From: Myxococcota bacterium
GTDB lineage: Bacteria; Myxococcota; XYA12-FULL-58-9; JALHOP01
NCBI GenBank assembly: GCA_041288095.1
Contig: JBGGMJ010000125.1
Coordinates: 1-10,795 of the forward strand
Length of the DNA stretch: 10,795 bases
Direction of reading: 5' to 3'
Shown here: positions 1 to 6,133 of the stretch, piece by piece
Layout of the letters: each line of letters opens with the position of its first letter
Numbering within the stretch: the stretch's first letter is position 1
Program-made: the position numbers and the translations under genes
Notes under the pieces: model-generated
Told to the model about the DNA's origin: nothing
The model's input: only the letters and a program-made list of their open reading frames with translations
Databases searched by the model: none

Positions 1-149
1 GATTCCACGCGGGCAGCCGCCGCGTCGAGATCGAGGAACGTCAGCTCGCCGGACGCGACATCGCCCGACACCTCGCCGCCGCAGGCAAAGCTCTGGCCAA
101 CAAACACGGATGCGCAGAGCGCGAGGAAACGCGCTTTCGAACCGGTCAT
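1..149 (-). CDS. Putative lipoprotein, 5' part only (runs off the left edge)
   Basis: Manual translation from ATG at 149 gives MTGSKARFLALCASVFVGQSFACGGEVSGDVASGELTFLDLDAAAARVE..., open to the edge. An AAGGAG SD lies at 156-161, and the signal peptide ends in a lipobox-like FAC-GG. This ORF is not in the supplied track. Confidence 0.75.
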   Translation of the reverse strand, partial: MTGSKARFLALCASVFVGQSFACGGEVSGDVASGELTFLDLDAAAARVE

Positions 150-230
150 GGGGGGCTCCTTTGGTACGTAGAACCACACCATGCGCGGATGGAGGCGATC
201 TTTCCCGGACCCTGGGACGACGCCGCGCTT

Positions 231-770
231 TTACTCGGGGGCGGTGACCGTCACCTGCTGCGATGCAACTTCACGCGGCTTCTGAGTGGCCGCTTCGACG
301 ATCACCTTGACGTCGTAGTTGCCCGGCGCAAGCGGCACGTTCGTCTCGATCCCGGATCCACACAGGCAACGGCACGGGTTACCGGTGAGCTGCTCGCGCA
401 CCGTGACGACGTTTCCCTCTACGCTCGTCTCGACCGAGCCTTTCAAGCAGCAGGCGTGGCGCACCTTGTGGCTCACGACCACTCCGGCGGACGTCGTGCT
501 GACGTGCACCGCTTCGGTCATGTCGTGTCCGTCGTTCTGGGGAGCGGCAGACCGCGTGGCGCTGGCGCAGCCCTGAACCGTGAAGGTCGGGCTCGTCGCC
601 GGAGCTGGATTCAACGACACAGTAGCCGGTAACACCGGCCGCGGTGGTGGCATTGGGGCGTCGGCACCCGCGAGCGTGGGGCCGCTATCAGACACCGGGG
701 CTTCCACTGTAGCGGACTTAGTGCACGCTATCGCGAACACAGCGAAGACTGTCAGGCAGAGCTTCTTCAC
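231..770 (-). CDS. Lipoprotein (179 aa) with a Pro-rich linker and a beta-rich C-terminal domain carrying CC and CxCxC motifs
   Basis: The likely start is GTG at 770 (MKKLCLTVFAVFAIAC, lipobox), overlapping the clostripain TGA as GTGA. It is followed by a PMPPPRP linker and then HACC...NPCRCLC in a strand-rich domain. Confidence 0.8.
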   Translation of the reverse strand: MKKLCLTVFAVFAIACTKSATVEAPVSDSGPTLAGADAPMPPPRPVLPATVSLNPAPATSPTFTVQGCASATRSAAPQNDGHDMTEAVHVSTTSAGVVVSHKVRHACCLKGSVETSVEGNVVTVREQLTGNPCRCLCGSGIETNVPLAPGNYDVKVIVEAATQKPREVASQQVTVTAPE

Positions 771-2779
771 AGCGGCGGCCAGTTCCGCTCGAGCGACGAG
801 ACGGCGTCTCCGTCCCCCGTCGAGCCCGTGGCGAACAAGAGCGTGAACGCTTCCCAACTCGCGTTACCCAGCACGAGCGAATACGCGAGCGACAGAGCCT
901 CGGTCGGGTCGAACGCCACGGAATCCACCAAAATGAACTCGATACCGTTGTCCGTGAGCAGGCCCTGCACCGCGTAGAGCGCCGAGCCCACTTCGGGCGT
1001 CAGCTCAGCGTAGCCAGCGTCGCTGTACTGATAGAGCGTCGACTGCTGCGGCACGCCGTTCGTGTCGTAAGTGACGATGTAGATCGCCGAGGTCGCCGTG
1101 GACTCGCCCGGCCGCTGATAGAAGAAGGGAATCGCCGCGAGCGTCGTGCCATCGCCGGCTTCCTGGAAGCTGAGGTAGCCGAACACCGAGTCGACGCCCT
1201 GCGTGATGGTCAACACGTAACCGTCCCAGGCGCCGACGACGTAGCGGTCTGCATCGAGAACGCCGAACGAGTCGCCAAGCACGAAGATGTTGTCGCCCTG
1301 CGTGACCCCGTAATAGAGCCCGGTCTCGACGACGTTGACCTCCGTGCCGGCTTCGAGCTGAGCGCCGTAGAGGTAGGCGCTGCCACTGCTCGCGATCTGA
1401 ACCAGGACCGGGTCCGCGGTGAACCTGGGGACGACATCGCCACCGGTATGGGCGGCGCTTTGCGCGGTCTCGAGGAAGTTGCGCCAGGCGTTGATGCCGG
1501 GGACGGAGTCGTAGGCCGCGTTGTAGGCACTGCGGTAAGGCGGCCAGTAGACCGCGATGCCGGTGGCCGAAGCAGTGGTGCGGCCGCTCGTCTTGGCGAT
1601 GACAGCGGCCTGAATCGCCGCGGTCAATTGATTCGCCGAAGTCGCAAGCGTCGGCACGGACGCCGCGATAGCGGAAGCAATGTTGCCCAGGTCGAGCATG
1701 TTCGCCGAAGCGGACCCAGAAGGATCACGGCCGAACTCCAGGGCCTCGTCGCGGGCGCGCACGACCACAGGGGTCACGGAGTTGTCACCGACGAGCGCGT
1801 TGTCCATCGCGTGCAAGGCGCGTTCGACTGCCTTCAGGTTGTAGAGGTCGACCAGCGACAAGGTGATGTTGTCGTCGGTGTTTTCGGTATCGGCCTGAGC
1901 GGCAAAACCGGCGATCAGTGCTTGGCCAAGAGCCGTCACGGTCGAGGTCCCAGTGACCGAATCCAACGCGCGGTAGTCCCAGCCATGTCCAGGCTCGAGC
2001 TCTTCGGAGGCAAGCAGGAACTCGGCATAGGGGCGCAGCGCGAGCCCCGTCTCGAGCGCGCCCATCAGGCACGCATCGAATCCGAGGAGATTGATGCTCG
2101 TGCGACCGAGCGTCGACAGCGCCACCTCGAGTCCCAAGGCGGTCTCGGGCATCGTCAGCGCGTCGTAGTTATCCGAAAAGTCGGCGCCGAAGCCCGGCCA
2201 GGCGCTGCCGTGGTCCCAGAGAATGACGGCCAGCTTGTCCGCGGGATACGTCTGCGCACCCCAAACGATGAAGTCGGAGAGTCGCGCGCTCTGGCCGTGA
2301 TTGAGCTCGCCTAAGTCAGACACCTGCGTCAGCGACCCCTCGTTCACCAGCAGGCGCTTCGTCGAGGTAAAGTTGCCGAGCCCGCCGATACCACCGTCGG
2401 AGAAGTCCTCGGCGCGATCGATCTGCACCGCGATGTTGAAGCCGGCGCGCGTGCCGACGACCATCATCTCCTCGAGATCGAGGAGAGCGAACGGCTCGAG
2501 GTCGTTGTCGGCGACCATGTACACGAGGAAGGTCCACGAAGCGCCGCCGCTCGTGTGGACCCTCTCCGGGTCGTTGATGCCGGGAGGCGGATCGTGGGGC
2601 GTGCCTTGGTTGGTGTCGTCGTCACCACCGTCGTTGTCGCCGGTGTTGTCGTTGTCGCTATCGTTGTCGCTGTCTCCAGGACCGCGATCATCGTCGTCGG
2701 CCTTTCCGTCACCGCCACACGCCGCGAGCGACGTGACGAACGCCAAGAACACGACTCCGAGCCAACTGCGATACGACAT
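767..2779 (-). CDS. Clostripain-family (peptidase C11) cysteine protease lipoprotein with a C-terminal extension
   Basis: Motifs WTFLVYMVADNDLE, WDHG (catalytic His, 2210-2212), GFDACLM (catalytic Cys, 2069-2071) and ASEELEPGHGWDY are present. Lipobox LAAC. A GGAGG SD precedes ATG 2779 (alternative start GTG 2782). Confidence 0.93.
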   Translation of the reverse strand: MSYRSWLGVVFLAFVTSLAACGGDGKADDDDRGPGDSDNDSDNDNTGDNDGGDDDTNQGTPHDPPPGINDPERVHTSGGASWTFLVYMVADNDLEPFALLDLEEMMVVGTRAGFNIAVQIDRAEDFSDGGIGGLGNFTSTKRLLVNEGSLTQVSDLGELNHGQSARLSDFIVWGAQTYPADKLAVILWDHGSAWPGFGADFSDNYDALTMPETALGLEVALSTLGRTSINLLGFDACLMGALETGLALRPYAEFLLASEELEPGHGWDYRALDSVTGTSTVTALGQALIAGFAAQADTENTDDNITLSLVDLYNLKAVERALHAMDNALVGDNSVTPVVVRARDEALEFGRDPSGSASANMLDLGNIASAIAASVPTLATSANQLTAAIQAAVIAKTSGRTTASATGIAVYWPPYRSAYNAAYDSVPGINAWRNFLETAQSAAHTGGDVVPRFTADPVLVQIASSGSAYLYGAQLEAGTEVNVVETGLYYGVTQGDNIFVLGDSFGVLDADRYVVGAWDGYVLTITQGVDSVFGYLSFQEAGDGTTLAAIPFFYQRPGESTATSAIYIVTYDTNGVPQQSTLYQYSDAGYAELTPEVGSALYAVQGLLTDNGIEFILVDSVAFDPTEALSLAYSLVLGNASWEAFTLLFATGSTGDGDAVSSLERNWPPL
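2603..2698 (-). repeat. Asp/Asn-rich low-complexity linker inside the clostripain gene
   Basis: DDDDRGPGDSDNDSDNDNTGDNDGGDDDTNQ, encoded by degenerate GACAAC/GACAGC iterations. Confidence 0.8.
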
Positions 2780-2789
2780 CACGCGACCT

Positions 2790-2807
2790 CCGGGCTCATG
2801 AGCCCGG
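2790..2807. promoter_or_regulatory. Perfect 18-bp palindrome upstream of the clostripain gene (operator or 5'-UTR hairpin)
   Basis: CCGGGCTCATGAGCCCGG equals its own reverse complement and overlaps the first bases of the minus-strand GGAGG SD. Confidence 0.6.
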
Positions 2808-2811
2808 CGCG

Positions 2812-2841
2812 CCTCTAGCAGACGGGCCCTAGATCGGCCAA
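2812..2841 (-). promoter_or_regulatory. Possible sigma70-type promoter for the clostripain operon
   Basis: TTGGCC-N18-TAGAGG with a TG one base upstream of the -10. The last T of the -10 is missing, so the match is imperfect. Confidence 0.3.
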
Positions 2842-2845
2842 GCCT

Positions 2846-3328
2846 TCAGTGCGCGGGCGCGCGTCGCGCCTTCACGCCCTTCACCTTCGCCCTATTCAAG
2901 ATCTTCTCGAGCGATCCCAGGGCATCGTCCGTGAAGGTCAGACGCTCGCCGTCGACACACTGGTTCGGATCGGAGCAAGGCACGCGTGTGCCGCCCGGCT
3001 CGGTGTTGTGGCACTTGAAGCAGATCGTATACTCGTCGAGCGCCGATGTTCCGTTATAGAAGACAAGCGAATGATGCGGCTCGAAGCAAGCCGCGGCGCG
3101 CGTGCGGTCGTAGGTTTCGTGGCTCCGTAGAATCCGGACGAGCTCGTCCAGCGCCTTGCCGGTGATGATCACGGGGCGCTCCGCGTCGCGGCAGAGCTTC
3201 CCATCGGGCTCACGCGCGGTGAGACAACGGGCCGCGGACTCACGGAGGTTGTAAGCGATGACCTCGGCGCGGGTCGGCGAGGGCAAGGGCTCGACGCCCA
3301 GCATCGACACCAGCAGCAACAGCGGCAT
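2846..3328 (-). CDS. Hypothetical, possibly exported Cys/His-motif protein (160 aa)
   Basis: Hydrophobic N-terminus, motif ACFEPHHSLVFY...ICFKC and protein-like composition. The ORF fills the gap between its neighbours. Confidence 0.8.
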   Translation of the reverse strand: MPLLLLVSMLGVEPLPSPTRAEVIAYNLRESAARCLTAREPDGKLCRDAERPVIITGKALDELVRILRSHETYDRTRAAACFEPHHSLVFYNGTSALDEYTICFKCHNTEPGGTRVPCSDPNQCVDGERLTFTDDALGSLEKILNRAKVKGVKARRAPAH

Positions 3329-3334
3329 GGCGCG

Positions 3335-3340
3335 AGACTA
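3335..3340 (-). promoter_or_regulatory. Putative -10 box (TAGTCT) of a leaderless transcript
   Basis: TANNNT lies 6 nt upstream of ATG 3328, with no SD in between. Confidence 0.5.
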
Positions 3341-3382
3341 CGTCAGCTCCTCACCGCGCGCCATGACGGGCATCGCCCCGTT

Positions 3383-3410
3383 TTGAGGCGCCCGGCGGAC
3401 GCGCTAGAGT
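3383..3410 (+). promoter_or_regulatory. Putative sigma70 promoter of the kinase gene (leaderless)
   Basis: TTGAGG-N16-TAGAGT, with the -10 lying 6 nt before GTG 3417 and no SD. Confidence 0.5.
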
Positions 3411-3416
3411 GCCTGG

Positions 3417-4916
3417 GTGGAGACTAGCGCCGCCCCCAAGGCAGCAGCACTCGACGGAACCCTGCGCGCGGTGATCGCGGCCGATCGCCTTGCGATATCG
3501 GAAGCGGGTGAGGGCAAGGAGCTGCTGCACAGCCGGCTCGTCGTGTTCTACGCGTACTTCGCCGCGTTCGGGCTCTGCGGCACCGTCTTCAGCCGACTGC
3601 GCACGCCTCCGGTCGACCCCGAGAAGTTCGCGTTCGTGCTCGACATGCAGCTCGCGTGCGCCATGGCGCTTTGCGCGGTGTTCGTCTCGCTCAAATACTG
3701 GATTCGCGAAACACCGGCGATGCGGGCAATCGACTTGTTCGCTACAGCGGTCGTCGCGACCACGGCGGTCGTGGCCTTGTACGTCGTGCCTCGAACGTTG
3801 TCGGTCGACGTCACGGTCGTGTCGTTCTTCATCCTCTTCTTCGTGCTGCGAGCCGCGCTGGTACCGAGCAAGCCCTGGCAGGCCACTCTGGTGGCGACAG
3901 TGTCCGCGATACCGTTCACGATTGGGTTCGCGGCGATGTACACGCGCGCGGATGTGTTCGAGCCCCAAGCGGCAACTCTCGCCGCCATGCGCGCGATGTT
4001 CGGTGGCATCGTTGGCGTTTATATCGTCTCGAAGACGATCTACGGCTTGCGCCAGGTCGTCCAGCACGTGGTGCAGCTCGGTCAGTACGTGGTGCACGAG
4101 AAGATTGGCGAAGGCGGGATGGGCGCGGTCTATCGCGCGAGCCACGCTATGCTGAAGCGTCCCACCGCCATCAAGTTGATCTCGCCCGAGCACGCGAGTG
4201 AGGTCGCGGTCGCGCGCTTCGAGCGCGAGGTGATGGCCGCGAGCCGCCTGACGCACCCGAACACCGTCGCCATCTACGACTTCGGTCGCACACGCGGGGG
4301 CGTGTTCTACTACGCGATGGAGCTGCTCGACGGACAAGACCTGGGCCGCCTCGTGGAGAAAGAGGGCGCCCAGCCTCTATCGCGGACACTCGATATTCTG
4401 ACCCAGCTCACCGCCGCGCTCGCGGAGGCGCACGACGCTGGGCTCATCCATCGCGACGTGAAGCCACAGAACATCATGTTGTGCACACGCGGCGGCATGA
4501 GCGACTTCGTGAAGGTGTTGGACTTCGGGTTGGTCAAAGACGTCTCGACGCCCGAGGCCGCCAAGCTCACACGTGAAATGTCGGTCGCCGGCACGCCGCT
4601 CTACATGGCCCCGGAGACGATTCTCGCCTCCGACTCGGTCGGTCCACCGGTGGATATCTACGCGGTCGGCGGCGTCGCTTACTTCTTGTTATGTGGTCGG
4701 GCGCCGTTCGAAGGCAGCAGCTCGGTCGAGCTCTGGGCCAATCACCTCCACACCGTCCCCGACCCGCCCTCGCGACACGCCAGGGTGCCCGCCGAAGTCG
4801 ACGAGCTGGTCATGCAGTGTCTCGCCAAGGACCCAACGAAGCGGCCCTCCGCCCGGGAGCTCCGCCAAAGGCTGCTGGCGCTCTCTGGAGGCCAATTGGC
4901 GGCCCCCGTAGCCTGA
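3417..4916 (+). CDS. Membrane-bound Hanks-type Ser/Thr protein kinase (about 6 N-terminal TM helices)
   Basis: IGEGGMGAVY, AIK, HRDVKPQN, DFG, GTPLYMAPE and DIYAVG are all intact. Six hydrophobic segments lie in roughly residues 40-205. Confidence 0.96.
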   Translation: METSAAPKAAALDGTLRAVIAADRLAISEAGEGKELLHSRLVVFYAYFAAFGLCGTVFSRLRTPPVDPEKFAFVLDMQLACAMALCAVFVSLKYWIRETPAMRAIDLFATAVVATTAVVALYVVPRTLSVDVTVVSFFILFFVLRAALVPSKPWQATLVATVSAIPFTIGFAAMYTRADVFEPQAATLAAMRAMFGGIVGVYIVSKTIYGLRQVVQHVVQLGQYVVHEKIGEGGMGAVYRASHAMLKRPTAIKLISPEHASEVAVARFEREVMAASRLTHPNTVAIYDFGRTRGGVFYYAMELLDGQDLGRLVEKEGAQPLSRTLDILTQLTAALAEAHDAGLIHRDVKPQNIMLCTRGGMSDFVKVLDFGLVKDVSTPEAAKLTREMSVAGTPLYMAPETILASDSVGPPVDIYAVGGVAYFLLCGRAPFEGSSSVELWANHLHTVPDPPSRHARVPAEVDELVMQCLAKDPTKRPSARELRQRLLALSGGQLAAPVA

Positions 4917-4962
4917 ACGACTTGGCAGAACGGTGTCGCGATGCGTATCTTCCGCCACCGTG

Positions 4963-5427
4963 ATGATCCGCCTCTCATTGATCCTGGGGTTCGGCCTGGT
5001 TGCCGCCGCGTGCGAGGTCTCGCGCCCGCCACTACCGCATCCCGCTGCCGCTAGCTCGCCGACCGCGCGCATCGCTAGCTCGGGAGTCGAGGGACGTGAG
5101 TACGCTCAAGCGGTCTACCACTGCGCGCACGACAACCTCGCTCCCGGCGCCAAGAAGTTGCCCGACGGTGTGGCCTCCGTTGCCTTCGTGGTGCGCGGCG
5201 GCCGGTTCGTCGACCCGCATTTGATCCGCGCTTCCGGCTCACCGGAGTTCGACCGCGCCGCGCTCGACGCCGTGAAGGCCTGTGACGCCCGCATCGCGAC
5301 CCCATCGGTCTTGCGCGAACAGCTCGCGGCCGAGGGTCTCGAGGTCAGCTTCTACGGAAAGAACGAGAAGTTCGTCGCCCGGCCACGTCGCGATGCGACC
5401 ACGGTAGCGCGCCGCCGCACGCGCTGA
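4963..5427 (+). CDS. Small lipoprotein with a TonB/TolA C-terminal-like domain
   Basis: MIRLSLILGFGLVAAAC lipobox. GVASVAFVVRGGRFVDPHLIRASGSPEFDRAALDAVKA matches the TonB_C 'SSG..xFDxAALxAV' pattern. The start may be GTG 4960 or ATG 4963. Confidence 0.75.
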   Translation: MIRLSLILGFGLVAAACEVSRPPLPHPAAASSPTARIASSGVEGREYAQAVYHCAHDNLAPGAKKLPDGVASVAFVVRGGRFVDPHLIRASGSPEFDRAALDAVKACDARIATPSVLREQLAAEGLEVSFYGKNEKFVARPRRDATTVARRRTR

Positions 5428-5488
5428 TCAGCCGCGTCGAAGCCCGCGGCTTGACCAGCCGCGCCACCTCGGCAATGCAGAGCGTCTC

Positions 5489-6133
5489 ATGCGCACCGCT
5501 CTCGTCATCGTCCTGGGGTCCATCATGGCAACTGCTTGCGGTCACGGTCACCACGGGCACCACGAGAAGCGCTTCGAGGGAGCCGAGGCCTGGGCGGAGG
5601 TCTTCGATGATCCGAAGCGCGATGAATGGCAGCGGCCGCAAGCAGTCGTCGACGCGATGGAGCTCACCCCCGCGATGACGGTCGCCGACATCGGCGCCGG
5701 CACGGGCTACTTCACCATGCGCATCGCGCGTGCCGTCCCGCGGGGCGAGGTCTACGGCGTCGACGTCGAGCCCGACATGGTCCGCTATCTCGGAGAGCGC
5801 GCCAAGCGGGAAGAGGTCACCAACGTGCGTCCGGTGCTCTCCACCGCCGACGATCCGAAGCTGCCCGCCGAGGTCGACCGGGTGCTGGTCGTCGACACCT
5901 ACCATCACATCGCCAAGCGCGAGCCTTACTTCGCGGCGTTGCGCGCGAATCTCAAGCCCGATGGCCGCGTCGTCATCGTCGACTTCACGGAGTCATCGCC
6001 GGTCGGCCCGCCACCCGAGCACCGCCTCGCACAAGGCGTCGTCGAGGGCGAGATGATGACCGCGGGTTACCGCCTCGTCGCTTCACCGCCGCTCCTACCC
6101 AACCAGTACGTCCTCATTTTCACGCCGCGCTAG
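5489..6133 (+). CDS. Class I SAM-dependent methyltransferase with a lipoprotein signal and His-rich N-terminus
   Basis: Motif I VADIGAGTGYF, motif II YGVDVEPDM, plus VDTYHH and LKPDGRVVIVDF. The N-terminus is MRTALVIVLGSIMATAC-GHGHHGHH. Confidence 0.92.
   Translation: MRTALVIVLGSIMATACGHGHHGHHEKRFEGAEAWAEVFDDPKRDEWQRPQAVVDAMELTPAMTVADIGAGTGYFTMRIARAVPRGEVYGVDVEPDMVRYLGERAKREEVTNVRPVLSTADDPKLPAEVDRVLVVDTYHHIAKREPYFAALRANLKPDGRVVIVDFTESSPVGPPPEHRLAQGVVEGEMMTAGYRLVASPPLLPNQYVLIFTPR

Noticed and set aside
201..218. Short TCCC...GGGA hairpin between the first two genes as a terminator
   Set aside because: The stem is weak and there is no U-tract on the minus strand.
771..857. Longer start (857) for the 231..857 ORF
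   Set aside because: It overlaps the clostripain C-terminus by about 90 nt and buries the signal peptide. GTG 770 gives a clean lipoprotein signal and a GTGA coupling.
3010..3024. Calling the 2846-3328 protein a c-type cytochrome from CFKCH
   Set aside because: The context looks like a beta-strand Cys/His metal motif, and there is no cytochrome-like helical pattern or redox neighbourhood. It is kept only as an alternative.
3351..4337. 328-aa minus-strand ORF, and similar long ORFs at 1448-2314, 5626-6900, 6901-7788 and 8469-9371
   Set aside because: These are antisense or off-frame shadows of well-supported genes. They are Arg/His-rich, lack motifs, and are expected in high-GC DNA.
3417..6133. 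Kinase, TonB-C and methyltransferase as a defence or restriction-modification system
   Set aside because: The methyltransferase lacks DNA-MTase catalytic motifs (DPPY/NPPY/PC) and carries a signal peptide. There is no nuclease or ATPase partner.
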